A stretch of 64,000 nt of DNA, from the NCBI GenBank assembly GCA_964016885.1, contig OZ024741.1:286378001-286442000 (forward strand), written 5' to 3'. Shown here one piece after another: positions 12,725-26,253 of the stretch. The first letter of the stretch is position 1. Every line of letters begins with the position of its first letter. The position numbers were made by a program, and so were the translations under genes. This DNA comes from Eledone cirrhosa. Its lineage: Eukaryota. The notes below the pieces were generated by a model. That model worked only from the letters and a program-made list of their open reading frames with translations. It searched no databases and was not told where the DNA came from.

Positions 12725-14164
12725 ATTTCCAGGAGACCGGAGAATAAGTCCGGCATTGCTACGTAAAATTCGTAGGGTAGACCGTCGAGACCTGGAGAAT
12801 TGCGTTTGCCGCATTGGCTCAGCGCGTCCCCTATCTCAGCGGCTGAAATCGGCTTTTCGCAGAACTTTGCCTCGCTGTCCGAGAGTCGCGGTAGGCCGTC
12901 GAGGTATGGACCGAAATCCATAGCCCCTCCCGGCGCGCCGCCCCTCCCGAAGAGTTGAGCAAAATGCCGCTGAAAGGCCGCACACATCTGCTTCGGCTCA
13001 CGTATCACGCGTCCGTTTTGGTCCTTCAAAGACCGAATCGTGGACTTGTTGCCACTTTTTGCCTCCGTCACTCGGGCCCAGCTAACAGCTTTGGCTCCCT
13101 CGTTTCCCAGAGCACGTATTTTGCTTCTGACAACGCAGCCCTCGTGCTTTGCGTCGAAGAACTGGTCCAAGGCCGTTCTCGTTGCTAGCACGCTGGCTAC
13201 ATTGCCACTTCTAGTTGCCTCTTCTACTTTATCTACCAGTTCCTTCTCGGTTCTATTTCTATCTAACGCTAATTCTTTACTAAAAACTATCGAGTCTAAT
13301 CTAACTGCCCTCTTGAGAGAGTACCACCATCTGTTGTTGACAATGGCCCCTGTCAAGTGCTGTTTAACTAAAGTGCTAATCCGTCTACTGTAGGCTTTGC
13401 TTGTCGGTAACGACAAGTTCAGCTTCCAGTAGCCGGGTCCTTGTCTATGGGTTCTATCAAGGTTAGCCATGCAGGTCACTAGTTTGTGATCTGAATAGGC
13501 AACCATGAACATTTTTGGACAGCTTAACATGTCCCTATCCTTATTTCTAACTAGAACCCTATCTAGGTACGATCTAGATGTTCCGCTACGATTACTCCAC
13601 GTCCACAGTGGCGCAGTCGGAAAATCTAGTCGATATCTATCGGCCAGGTCAAATCGGTCGATTAACTGTTTGAGGCTCTTACACCCCCCTTTATCGGGAC
13701 ATGCTCCCACATAGTCCCAACATGCATCTAGGATTCCATTCCAGTCTCCCACTAAAAGCAAGGAGCGGGACGTTCCCAGAAAAGTCTCTAGACGTTTGAA
13801 GACGTCTGGCTGCGGTGTCCCGGATGGGGCATATGCCGCCACCAGCCTGAAGGCTCCACCATCACTACCGTCAACGTCTAGGACCACCAGTCGACCCTCC
13901 GGGTCCAGATGTACCGTCTGTGTTACGAGGCCCAGGTGTTTCCGCAGCAAAACGGCAACTCCGCCCCACCCCCGGTTGACAGAGAGATGCGTAGATCTCA
14001 AAGTCATCGAAGATGGGGGCCAGCTGTCGCTCGCTGTGGATCCTGGACTCGCAAATGGCTACCACATCCATACTGTGCGACCTGAGGTCGTTTAAGAGTT
14101 TGCCCTGTTTCCAGGGCATCCCCAGGCCGCGTACGTTCACACATCCAACTCTTATATTGGCCAT
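12725..14164 (-). pseudogene. Tx1/L1-type ORF2 N-terminal half (APE endonuclease + tower)
   Basis: VGCVNVRGL, ICES, AYAP, GDWN, SYLDR, SDH, GYWKLN and SPGLDGLPYEFY; one frameshift near 14000; truncated before RT. Confidence 0.9.
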
Positions 14165-14201
14165 GTTGGTGCTGAAAAGTTAAAAGAGAAAAAGAGATCA
14201 C

Positions 14202-16113
14202 TCACCCTTCGTCTCGCCGCACGAATTCCATAGAGGTGTTGGAGGGGTTGTCTGGATGGGTGGTGGTTTCCGGCGGGGTGGGGACGGAGATGTTTGGTGG
14301 GGTGGGGTCTGGTGGGATGGGGGTGTTTGGGGTGGGGAGACATTTGAGAAGGACGCGGTTAAGTGGTTTCACGCAGGAATTCCCCACATCCTTCTCAAAT
14401 GTTTCTTTTAGGGACCTATAAGTTTGTATAGGGACCCTAATCAGTTTTAGGTTCAGTTTTTTGCTATTTTTAATAGAGTGGGCGAAAGTTTTCCCTTCGG
14501 TTTTCACCAAAGGGTCGTTCGTGATGGTCTCCATTAGTGTTTTGTTTTCAGTGTTTATGTAAGTGTAAGTGTAATTTTCTTGTGTTGTGTTTGTTTTTGT
14601 CTGTAGTTCTTGTGTCTGCTTTCGTTTTGTTGTAGGTATTTTGTTTTCAGGAGGTGGGGGTTTTATTTGTGATGTTTTTGTTGTTTGTGTTGGTGGTTGT
14701 ATGTTTGTGGTAGTGTTTGCTGGTTTTTTGCTTTTGTGATGTCTTTTCTTTCTTTTCGAGCGATGGGGTTCTCCCTAGTCTTCACTGGGTGATGGCGTGA
14801 TAGCCTCATCTGTTGTATCGTCTGTGTGATTTGGGAGGGGTATGTCTTGGGGAGCTGTTGTGTCTGTATGTGATTTTGCAGTGGTTTTCGGTGGAGTGGG
14901 GTTGGGTGGGACTGTGTTTGTTGTGGTTATTTTTGTGTGTTGGTGTTGTTGTTGTTGTGGTGGTGTTGGTGGGTGTGTTGTTTTGATGGGTGTCGGCAGA
15001 AGAGCCTTTTTTTTATTCATTAATTTAGGACAGGAAGCCCTCAGGTGACCCCTGCTAAAGCAATGGTAACATGAAGGCCGCCTACCCTCAACCGAAAAGT
15101 TTATGTAGGTGAGTCCGTCCAGGAGTACACGTTGTAGGATCATAGCTATTCGCTCTGGGCTCATTTGCACCAGAACTTCAATGCTAGTCCCATTGAATAC
15201 ATCTCTGGGGGACTTTCCTACTGACAGTATTCTGTCTTCATCAAAATTGATGAAGCCGCACAGTATCTACCATATGTTCACCTTTGGTGTGACACTCGTG
15301 ATTTTGATCTTTTGTGTCCTTTTTCCCATGTATGTAGGGAAAACGGTGTACAGGTTGGATGCAATTGGCGACACAGAGTAATTTTGGGCCGTCAATTGAT
15401 CCTTCATGAGTACCGAAATACTCCCAAAAAGTTTGCTTCTTTGAATGAATGCAATATCATTCATTGAATTTTTGAAAACCAATTCAATTTCTTTCTGTGA
15501 CAATTGGACTGGTTTTCGGGTAGAATTGGGAACTGTCCTAAAAACTATCGTTTGAGAGCAGTTTCCTTGCGAATTTCTACCGGAGAATTGATGCTGAAAG
15601 CACCATATTTTTCGAAAGTGACATATCTCCTAGCGTCCTTTAAAAGTTGTTCAGCATTTGTTATGTCGAGATATATCAGTTCCTCCTTTTTTTGAACTGT
15701 CTGTGCAAAGGAGATTTTTGGATTCTTTGTGGAATTATCCGTGTTGGTGGTGTTGTCATTATTGTTGTTATTGTTGTTGTTATTCTTGTTGTCACCGATG
15801 TTGATATTATTCGTATTTTCCTTGGTGTTGTTGTTGTCTTTGATGCTGGTATTATTGGTGTTGTCTTTATTTTTTCTTTGTTGTTGTTATCATTGTTGTT
15901 TTTATCATCATTATTGGTGTTGCTGTTATTTTTGTTGTCATTAAACTGTTTGGTGTCATTTGTGTTTGGATATGAATTTGTTTTTGCATTTTCATTTCGT
16001 CTTTCCATCTCTATAGTATCTATTGAGAAGGAAGGGGAAGAAGACGATGTTGACTGCGAGCTTTGTAGTCTTACCGCCTCTCCACCACCATTATCGTTGG
16101 ACGCAGCGTTCAT
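14202..16113 (-). pseudogene. Tx1/L1-type ORF1 (gag-like, zinc knuckle), frameshifted
   Basis: ORF pieces 15676-16113, 15267-15503, 14775-15170 (CYHCFSRGHLRASC) and 14202-14534. Confidence 0.8.
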
Positions 16114-16346
16114 AACGTAATCAAACTTTTACAATGTTTTTTCCAAGATTCGATGGAGAAAAAATTTTCAAACGGGTATTTCGCCCCTGTAGGGGCGAAA
16201 ATGAGTTGACCCACCACCTGAAGGTCCAGACGGGGGGTCAAGTTACACAATGATATAAAATTTAACTAAAAACTCACGTTTTTTTTCTTACATAAATTAA
16301 CGGAAACTTCTCCGCGAAGTTACACACGTCTGATAGAGAGATAGAG

Positions 16347-16454
<108 letters not shown>

Positions 16455-16743
16455 GGCAATAGCATGATACATATAGACGGGATGAAAGGTGAGAAAGAGG
16501 GAAAGAGATTGTGGAGCGAGAGAGAGGAAGAAATGTAGAAAGAGGGAAGAGAAGGATAGACAAAATAAGTGTTATAAGATATACGGCCTTGATTTTATTG
16601 AGAAAGAAACACTGCAAATTGTCTAATAATCATTATTTAATTAATTAACAATGTTAATAATCATTATTTTCAATTTTAGCTGGATCCTTGCCAGTAAATA
16701 TGACATTTACCTGAGGTGCAATAAACTGTACAAGTAGTAGTCA

Positions 16744-17101
16744 CAGACATGTCAACCTCTAAAACCTAAATGGGTACCAAAACGAGGAGAAATTAGGTAA
16801 AATGGGGGAGATTTTACATAATGGTTTCTTATATAGGCACCAGGCTAGCAATTTTGGGGAAGGGGAAAGTCGATTAAATCGACCCCGGTTCGTGAATGGT
16901 ACTTTATTTTATTGACCCCGTAAGGATGAAAGGCAAAGTTAACCTTGGCGGGATTTGAACTCAGATCATAAAGAGCCGTAATTCTATGCTGGGGAGATTT
17001 TACATAATGAAAGCTATACCCATTTTCACAAGAGAAGACATCTCTCCTTCACCCCAAAGTAGGTAGATCTCCCCGTCGGACGGGGAGAGTTGACAGGTCT
17101 G
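16744..17101. mobile_element. MITE (same family as 6379-6573) with 6-bp TSD TAGTCA and nested SINE
   Basis: tagtca-CAGACATGTCAAC...GTTGACAGGTCTG-tagtca; SINE at 16824-16990 (-) with 19-bp TSD GGGGAGATTTTACATAATG. Confidence 0.8.
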
Positions 17102-17446
17102 TAGTCATTATATTGTATTTCCCCAAAAAATTAATTTAAACATTATGTTTGTTGTATATTGAGGGAAATTCTAACAGGATTTGGAAAGATCGATAATGAG
17201 TAATTTAAATTTTGCCAATATTGCATTGCTTTCGATCCTCAGTTTGGTGAGTTTTGTTTCCCTAACAGGCAGATGGAAAGAAAAGAAGAGATACTTAAAA
17301 GAGAAAATATCTCAACAAATATATCAATAGCTACTTATCTGAGTGCATGTGTGTGTGTCTGTTTACGTGTGTGTCGGTGTCTCTATATGTGTGTGTGCGT
17401 ATGTGTGTGTATATGTGTGTGTGTCCGTTTGATGTGTCAGTGTCTT

Positions 17447-17498
<52 letters not shown>

Positions 17499-17741
17499 CG
17501 CGCGTGTGTCTGTGTATGTGTGTGTTTGGGTCTGTGTGTCTCTGTGTGTGTATGGAGAGCAATGATGTCGATGACAATTGACCTCTTGCATCTGCAATGA
17601 TGACAGATATATGTGTGTAAATATATACACACATATATGTAGATTGTATAAACACATTAGACATATGTATATGTGTGTGTGCACGTGCATGAGAGAGAGA
17701 AGAAAGAGGGAGAGAACGAGAGAGAGAGAAAGAGAGGGTGA

Positions 17742-17798
<57 letters not shown>

Positions 17799-17803
17799 GG
17801 TGA

Positions 17804-17867
<64 letters not shown>

Positions 17868-19633
17868 GTAAGATACATACTTTATAAAGAAGCAGAAAAG
17901 GTGAACTAGGAAGGGAGAAGAAAGAAAGGAAGAGAGGGAGAAAAATAGAAATAGAGATGGCAAATGATATTAAGGGGAAAATTCATCAATACTCCAATAC
18001 TGATTATTATCAATAGTGTAACTGATGTCGCTTTGCTGGCCCCGCTATCAAATCTATGTAATTACATGTGTGAGGTAATGTTTGGTTTATTCACTTTGAT
18101 ATTTTGTATTATCATCTCTATTTCTTTCCGTCACTCATTCTTTCAGTTACTCGTCTTGTCTTATAGATTCGTTTGCTTATCCTATCATAGCGCTATGTAT
18201 GCTAAATGATATTAGAAGGAAACTCTCTCTCTCTCTCTCCCTCAGTTCTTCTCTAGAAGAATTCGGCTGTTCAGACCTGGAGAGGGACTGGCTCCTCTAG
18301 GTATATGCTATGATGGCGCTCCTACGATTTTATCAGGAGTTACGGAACAATGCATACATATTAAACGGAAAGCATCAGTATGAGCATATCCCTTCCCCTC
18401 AGATAAATTTGTATGTATGAACTCCTGATAGAGTTTTAGGAGCATGGTAGCAATGTACAACGTCTTAGGCATTTTAAACCTGGCAAAACTCAGCCCCACT
18501 CTATGTCTGAACATAACCGGTTTCTTCCAGAGAATGAGAAAGAAAGTGAGAGAGAGGAGAAGTGAGAAAGAGATATAGAGAAAGAATCGACCCCAGTCCT
18601 AGACTGGTCTTTTGTATTGACCTAGAGGAAATGAAATGCAAAGTTGACCACGGCGGGATTTGAACTCAGAGCGCAGAGAGCTGGAGCAGATACTTAAAAT
18701 ATTATATCTGACGTTCTAATGACTCTGCCAATTCGCCGCCTCAGCTAAAATTACAGCTCCGAGTTCAATCGAGTGGCAGAGTCGTTAGTGCAGTATTTGT
18801 TCCTGCTCTTTGCGGTCTGAGGTCAAGTCCCACCGAAATTAACTTTACCTCTTTATTTTTTCGGCGTTAATAAAATGATGTGCTAGAGAAATACAGGGAA
18901 GCTGGGGGTAAATGACTGCTGAACTGCGCCAATATATAATAGCTGATATTGTATTAAAAACAAAACAAATAACGAATCCACACCACTAACAAGGTGTTCA
19001 GGTCACAAATGAAGCCACGTACAACTGGACGTACACTTTGTTCAGTTTCTCACTCTCATACTTTCCACTCTCTCTCTCTGTATTAATTCTCATCTATACA
19101 TAATATAAAAGAGAGATGTTTTTGTTGGTTGGTTCCTTCGTACATCACACAAAAAACGAAAATTGACAATCGAAATGTAATAACAGCAATGGAATAAGGG
19201 TATATCCATGAAGATTTATTGATACTAATTTTATAACATTAAAGAAGACGAGAAACATCCCGAGTATGCTAACCAACGTGACTGCTATTTCTAGCAGGTT
19301 GGGAATCAACCATAAGGCATTCACTCGGCGCGTTCGTTATCAGTGATGCTCGTGTTTCGCGGCCAGTGTCTCCAGTTCGAACGCTGGTTTACACACATGT
19401 ACACATAAACACACACATAAACGCGCACGCACACACACACATACACACACATATATAATTATCTATATCTAAACTATAATTGTTTCTACTTTAGGCACAA
19501 GGCCAGCAATTACCCAGTGCATTACTGGTACTTTATATCTAAACTATAATAAAGGAATGTCTGCGGAATTGCGTACGGTTTTTTGTTTTTATCCCGTTTG
19601 TAAAATAAGTTGGATTACTTTGAATAAATAATT

Positions 19634-19815
19634 ATTTCTACGTTTGGCACAAGGCCAGCAATTACTCAGTGTATTACTGGTACTTTATTTTATCGACTCC
19701 CGTAAGGATGAAAGGCAAAGTTAACCTCGGCGGGATTTGAACTCAGAATGGCAAGGGCCGTAACTCTATACGTCAAAGCATGGCGTCCGACCCTCTACCG
19801 ATACTGCCAATCCAC
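19634..19815 (-). mobile_element. tRNA-derived SINE (Deu/Nin core), with extra tail fragments at about 19480 and 19835
   Basis: Close to the reverse complement of 2376-2555. Confidence 0.85.
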
Positions 19816-20902
19816 GGCCCTTTGAATAAATAATTGTTTCTACTTTTGGCACAAGGCCAGCAATTACCCAGTGCATTAAATAATGAATGAATATTACATA
19901 ATTTATGTACTCAATTTCGTAAACAAAAATATTTTCGTAAAAATAAATAATTTCAAATTGACTTCTTTTCAAAGTTACACTTCCGGTATATCGTCAAGAC
20001 CACCACCATTTCAACTACCATATATATAGAAAGAGAGAGTTTGTGATGAGAGAGATAGAGAGATTATGATTTTCTACACCTGACGCGTATGATTGTGCAC
20101 ATACATACATCTATATGCATGAGTATATAACTATAATCGCGCAAACACAAACTTATAAAAATACACTCTCACGGACATAATTCACACAAATACACATACT
20201 TTCACACAAATATACATACATTCACACATACTTTCACACAAACATACATACTTTCATACAAATATACATACATTCACACATATACTTTCACACAAACATA
20301 CATACATTCACACATATACATTTTCACAAACACTCACATACAGTCATGATAGCGTACGGTTTAATTGGAGATGGGAGGGTATACTTTCACACAAATATAC
20401 ATACATTCATACAAACATACATACATTCGCACATACTTTCACACAAACATACATACATTCACACGTATACATTTATACAAACACACATACAGTTATGATA
20501 GCGTTCGGTTTAATTGGAAATGGGAGGGTAAAACAAGTATAACGTTTTATTTATTTATTAACTCTTTATTTATTTATTAACCCTTTTTTTTAACTCATCT
20601 AAACTATAATAAAGTAAGGAGCGCGGGACTTCTTTAAAATTTCTGAAATGTCAACACTTCTGGTTGGTCATCGCTTAAATAAACATACTAATTTTCTGTC
20701 ACTAATTTTCTCCTAATGCAGTTTATATATAATATCGTCTTTTTTAATGTATCATGGATTACGTTACTGATTAAATAAGACAGTGTAACGCAGTCTTCGT
20801 TCAATTTCTATGTATAATATATTGTCAATTACGATTTTATTTGATGTATCATATCTACATGTATATATACCTGCGTATAATATCAATATACACACAACAC
20901 AT

Positions 20903-20941
20903 GCTAGCAGAAAACCACCCGTCGGGTGGTTTTTCTGCTAG
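20903..20941. repeat. near-perfect palindrome ending in CTAG (Helitron-like 3' terminus)
   Basis: ctagcagaaaaccacccg-t-cgggtggtttttctgctag; possible Helitron 5' end TCTAAACTATAATAAAG at 20598. Confidence 0.5.
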
Positions 20942-21415
20942 TCTATATAATCATTTTTAATGGGAATTTTTATGCCAACGTGATTTCCTGTACTGTGTCA
21001 GACCTGGCTTACCTCCTCTTTGATGTAACGTCACGCGTCACTAGAGGCCGTACTGCTACCATCACTTGCAACAAGCAACTGAGGGAACTAGTACGCCATT
21101 TTTTCTTTCCTTAACAGAGAGGCGAACTCCCGCTGATGAAACATCCCAAACGCCTAGTTTACGTAAATGTGTAGTATCATAACCTAACATCCTGCGCATG
21201 GCTACACCTTTCGGTGCATGAAAAGCAGATTGGGGTCGTGGGAACTGTTATAGCAGTCCGGGTACCGTACCATCTTACCCTCACGAAGTCGTCTTCCTCA
21301 CTGATTAACGAAAGTGTGCAGTTCGAATTTTAATAATTTGAAATTAGTTATTCATCGAGCGAGTGGGGAAATGGCCGAAGTTATGTCTGTTCTATTCGAC
21401 TTGCCTCGTCTCCTA

Positions 21416-21480
<65 letters not shown>

Positions 21481-21637
21481 AAAGAATAGAGGTGTAACAC
21501 ACAAGTTATTATATATTGGTAAACGGAATAGAAAATGCTGACAAATTGTTCACAGTTGAAAAATGGTTTAATTAGGAATAAAAGAGTATTAGTGATTGTA
21601 TGGGTTAGTGTTCAGTTGTGGTTTTAAGTTTTTAAGT

Positions 21638-21674
21638 TTTTACCGGTTGCGCATTTCTAAATGCTTTTCAAAGA
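21638..21674 (-). ncRNA. U3-A8 variant hammerhead-like motif (A13C) in PLE 3' UTR
   Basis: TTGAAAA-gcattt ag aaatgc-GCAA-CCGG-TA. Confidence 0.55.
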
Positions 21675-22006
21675 TAATTTTGAGATAGAGTGTCCGTGCT
21701 GTTTGCTCTGATCTGATTACTTTTGGGAATTCTACCTGTTTTTATGTTAAAAAAGTGGCTCCAGCGTTATTTTTGTGTTGCAAAAATTCTTGTCGTCAAA
21801 ACAATTTTGATTGGTCGGTAGAGGTCATGTGAATGTAAAAAGTTGATTTTGCGCCAAGACTGTTTTTATGTTAAAAAAGTGGCTCCAGCAAAAATTCTTG
21901 GTCAAAACAATTTTGATTGGTCGGTAGAGGTCATGTGAATAAAAAATTGGTTTTGCGCCAAGATTGAGAAATGACTCTTTCACAACAAATATGTGTGTGT
22001 GTGAGT

Positions 22007-22050
<44 letters not shown>

Positions 22051-22125
22051 TAGTAGTAGTAGTAGTAAGGTGTTCGATGCTGCGACAATGGCCAGCAGCG
22101 ATGTGTGTCAAATGGCTATTAAGAT

Positions 22126-22197
<72 letters not shown>

Positions 22198-22272
22198 TAG
22201 TAGTAGTAGTAGTAAGGTGTTCGATGCTGCGACAATGGCCAGCAGCGATGTGTGTCAAATGGCTATTAAGAT

Positions 22273-22330
<58 letters not shown>

Positions 22331-22689
22331 CAGAGTAATTCGTGGTGGCAGGGATGGTCAGTAAGAATGTGTCTGAAAGCAATGGGGGGTATTTTAGCAT
22401 GTCAAAAGATATTTTTCAGCTTTTCTCTTATACGGAGAAGTGCGTGTGTGTGTGTGTGTGTATATATAAGTCTCTTTGTATGTTGATGTACGCGTGTGTA
22501 TGTGTTTGTGTATATATGTGTGTGTGTGTGTGTGTGTCGGTGGACCAGTATTTTTTCCCCCTGGTAAAATGGTGTACATTATTCGATTTTTTCAGTAAAA
22601 TCGGTTCTCTTAATAGAACATCAAAAATCTTAACAATAAAAGGTGTGAAATGATATTCACTATATATATATACACATACATATATTCAC

Positions 22690-22725
<36 letters not shown>

Positions 22726-22863
22726 TACATATATATGCACATATATTTTTTTGTATTGCACCATAGAGCATGTGTGTTTACGTGTGTCATTGTGTTTATA
22801 TGTGGGTAGAGATGTATGCTGATGTAGGTATGTATGTTGACGTGTGTATGTTGTGGGTTCGTC

Positions 22864-25181
22864 TTAGGGAGAAGTGTTTAGACGGGGTCCGTATTTGTTA
22901 ATGAAGTAAGATTCCTTGCTGATGCGCTGGGTGTGGGTGGCATTATCTTTAAATTTGTAGAGGGGAAAGATTCTGAAGTTGGGATGATTTTGGGCGGCAC
23001 AGGTATCAATGTGTTCACTCAGTGGTATTTTCCTGTATTCCCGTATTTTAATTTGGGATCTATGGACAGTCATGCCTGGCGGAGGCTGTTTTTGGTCTGG
23101 CCTATGTATTGTTCTCGACAACCTGAACAAGTTAATACATATATTAGATTTTCCGATGCACATGTGAAATTGTGTTTTACTATAAAACGTTTTCCATCTT
23201 TGAAATAGAATTCCGAACCCTCTATTAGATTGATGCAAATGCCACAGTTGGGTCTATCGCATTTTTTTACTGTGGGTTTCGTTGTTGTGGTTGGCAGTAC
23301 TTTGGCATGTGTTAAGATGTTTTTCATTGACTTGGATTGTCTTTTGCTCTTTATGATATCGTGTGTTCGTAGAATTTGGTTCATTCTATGGTCCTTTTTC
23401 AATACAGGGATGTTCTGGAGGATGGTGTCAAAGGCCTCATTGTTGAGGGGGTTGTGTGTGGAGATGTATGGAAGAGCTTTTAGTTTTGGTTGATTTACTT
23501 TAGGGTGTCTAAGGTCCTGGGTACTGAGTTTTAGGGCACGTTGGATTCCATTGTCAATTAGTGATGCAGGGTAGTCCCTGCCTATGAGTGTGTCCTTTAG
23601 TTCTTGTAGCCGTAAGTAGCAGATGTTTTTATTCGAGACTATAGTACAGATTCTCTTGGCTAAGTTGTAGGGAATATTAATTTTAACGTGTCTAGGGTCG
23701 CAAGAGTTGAAGGGGGGATATTGCTTGGAGTCTGTGGGCTTGTAGTATATGTCTGTTTCTATTTTTTTGTTATGGATCTTAATGAGGATGTCGAGGAAGG
23801 GGAGTTGTTGATGGCTGTATTCCATCGTGAAGTTAATATTTGTGTTGAGCCCATTTATAAGGGTGTGAAATTCTTTAAGTTTTTCGATGTTTTCGTGCCA
23901 AAGGATGAAGCAGTCATCTAGATATCGCTTCCAGTTCCTTTCAATGTGTAAGTGGAGGGTGTTTCCAAATTTGTTTAGGACTTTAGTGTAGAGGGTGATT
24001 TCCAGGTATCCCATGACTAGGTTGGCATAAGTAGGGGCTGTTTTCGTTCCCATAGCGGTCCCAGATTTCTGCCTGTAAGGTTTGTTATTGAAAACGAAGT
24101 AATTGTTCTCCAAGATAAATTTGAGTCCCTCTATCACGAATTCTTTTTTGATGCGTTGTGGGAGTTCATTGTGGAAATTATCCAGCCAGAATTGGATAGC
24201 TTCTATTCCTAGGTTGTGGGGGATGTTGGAGTATAGGTTGACTACATCGAACGTCACTAGTAGGGTTTGTTCAGAAAGTGGTATATTAGGGAGGTGATTG
24301 AGCATATCTAGGTCGTCCCTTATATAGCTTTTGATGTGCTTGAGGAAGGGTTTGAGAAGGGTATCAATGAAGTTACTAAGACGGTGCGTTTCGCAAGCGG
24401 GGCCTGCTATTATAGGTCTTAATTTGAGATCATTGGGTGAGGGGACATTGATGACTATGTCTGTGGCTTCCTTGCATGCCTTACTTATTGATTCGCTTTT
24501 ATGTACTTTAGGGATACCGTAGAAAAGGCTGGATTTACTTGTGAATTCTGTGATGAAGCTGAATTCCTTGTTAGTGAGTCCTTCTTTGTATTGGTTGATT
24601 AGAGTTTTTAGGTTTCTCATAATTTTCTGTTGATTGTAGTGTTCAGCCTTTTCGTAGTATGTTTCGTTTTCCAAAGTGGAGAGCGCTAAGTTGATATAGA
24701 ATTCTGTCTCCATTAGGACTACTGTACTCCCTTTATCAGCCTCTTTAATTGTAATGGTTCTGTCGGTTTTTAATCTATTTAATTCTTCCCATTCTTTCTT
24801 GTTGAGGTTTGGCTTGTGTTTTTGTCTGTGCAAGTGTTGGTAAGGGAAGTTTGTGATGTGTTCACAGAATTCGTCCAGGATTTTATTTCTACCTTTTGAA
24901 GGGGTGTAATTGCTTCTATTTCTGGCTAATGATTCATCGTCATTGTGCTGGTCGAATAGTTGTTCACTAAGTCGTAACTTTCTACAGAAGTCTGTGATGT
25001 CTTCCTTCATTTCATAGTAGTTAGGACGTAGTGGGGTCGGTGTGAATTTAAGACCTTTGGAGAGTAAGTTGATAAGGTTGGGTGTTGGTTCTGCACTAGT
25101 AAGATTGATAATTTTTATTACTATCGGTTTCTCCTCCCTGTCTTGTGTTATTTTGTTTGCCTGTATCTGTGTGCTGTGTCT
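22864..25181 (-). pseudogene. PLE reverse transcriptase + GIY-YIG endonuclease (one frameshift at about 23075)
   Basis: LLSKGLKFTPTP, IKEADKG, FYGIPKVHK, LRPIIAG, FDVVNLYSNIP, GTAMG, RYLDD, FLDI, Cys linker CDRPNCGIC, NLIYVLTCSGC..YIGQT, then H..HI..ESYFI in the next frame. Confidence 0.95.
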
Positions 25182-25828
25182 AAAAAATGGTTGGGGTAGA
25201 GGGGTTGTCTGCTGATGTTAAGTGGTCTCCTGTGTTTGTTATATTCCTTGTTGTTGTAAAATGTGGTTCGGGTTGGTGGTTGTAGATTGAATGGGGTGTT
25301 CCTGTGCTGCGAGTATGGGTGTGTGTTTCTATGTGCCATGTTGTATTGTGGTGTTATAAGTGGCCTACGTTGTTGGTTGTATCGTGTGGTGTGGGTTTGT
25401 TGTGTATTGTGGAAGTGAGAGTTGAGAAAATGGTAATTACCTTGCTGTCCCCTTGAAGCGGGGAAGTTGTTGCATCTATCATGGCGGTGGTATCTTTTCC
25501 CTATGTTTGACGATGAGGAATCCGCGTAGTAGTTGAGTGATTTGGTATGGTGTCTCCTTGAAGGGGGAAAGTTGTAAATGTCATTCTGGGGGAGATGATT
25601 TCTTGGGTTTTTGTTCCTTCTTATGTTAGCGAGGTTGGGAAGTTCATCTTCGGTGTGGTGCTTCCTTCTTCGTTTGTTTGAGGCTTGGGGGTTTGAGAAG
25701 TTGTTGTGCCGTTCAGTTATGGGTTTTTCTATTTTTATGAACGGGTTATTGGAGGTGTAATCCGTTTGAAAAGTCGATTCATAGTGTAGGAACCAAGCGG
25801 CACTTTTTCCCAGCGTTGAAGGGATTCC
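25148..25828 (-). CDS. PLE upstream ORF or N-terminal extension (at least 226 codons, 5'-truncated, basic and N/H-rich)
   Basis: Manually translated stop-free from the inversion junction (GIPSTLGKSAAWFLHYES...NKRRRKHH...NHFLDTAHRYRQTK*); overlaps the RT frame in -1. Confidence 0.65.
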   Translation of the reverse strand, partial: GIPSTLGKSAAWFLHYESTFQTDYTSNNPFIKIEKPITERHNNFSNPQASNKRRRKHHTEDELPNLANIRRNKNPRNHLPQNDIYNFPPSRRHHTKSLNYYADSSSSNIGKRYHRHDRCNNFPASRGQQGNYHFLNSHFHNTQQTHTTRYNQQRRPLITPQYNMAHRNTHPYSQHRNTPFNLQPPTRTTFYNNKEYNKHRRPLNISRQPLYPNHFLDTAHRYRQTK

Positions 25829-26031
25829 AGCGCATCAGCAAGGAATCTTACTTCATTAACAAATACGGACCCCGTCTAAACACTTCTCCCTAAGACGAAC
25901 CCACAACATACACACGTCAACATACATACCTACATCAGCACACATCTCTACCCACATATAAACACAATGACACACGTAAACACACATGCTCTATGGTGCA
26001 ATACAAAAAAATATATGTGCATATATATGTA

Positions 26032-26063
<32 letters not shown>

Positions 26064-26219
26064 GTGAATATATGTATGTGTGTATATATATATATAGTGA
26101 ATATCATTTCACACCTTTTATTGTTAAGATTTTTGATGTTCTATTAAGAGAACCGATTTTACTGAAAAAATCGAATAATGTACACCATTTTACCAGGGGG
26201 GAAAAAATACTGGTCCACC

Positions 26220-26253
<34 letters not shown>

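Larger units (their letters stand above)
12627..16333 (-). mobile_element. Tx1/L1-type LINE with intact-looking ends but most of RT deleted, embedded in (GATA)n
   Basis: Broken ORF1 with CCHC knuckle, ORF2 APE, 3' UTR with AATAAA then (TATC)n; (TATC)n also at the 5' flank. Confidence 0.9.

Noticed and set aside
21121-21155. CTGATGA as a possible hammerhead
   Set aside because: No stem II followed by GAAA at suitable spacing.
23060-23085. TGA ending the PLE ORF as selenocysteine readthrough (as in Naiad PLEs)
   Set aside because: The conserved C-terminus continues in another frame, so this is a 1-nt frameshift and not an in-frame TGA.
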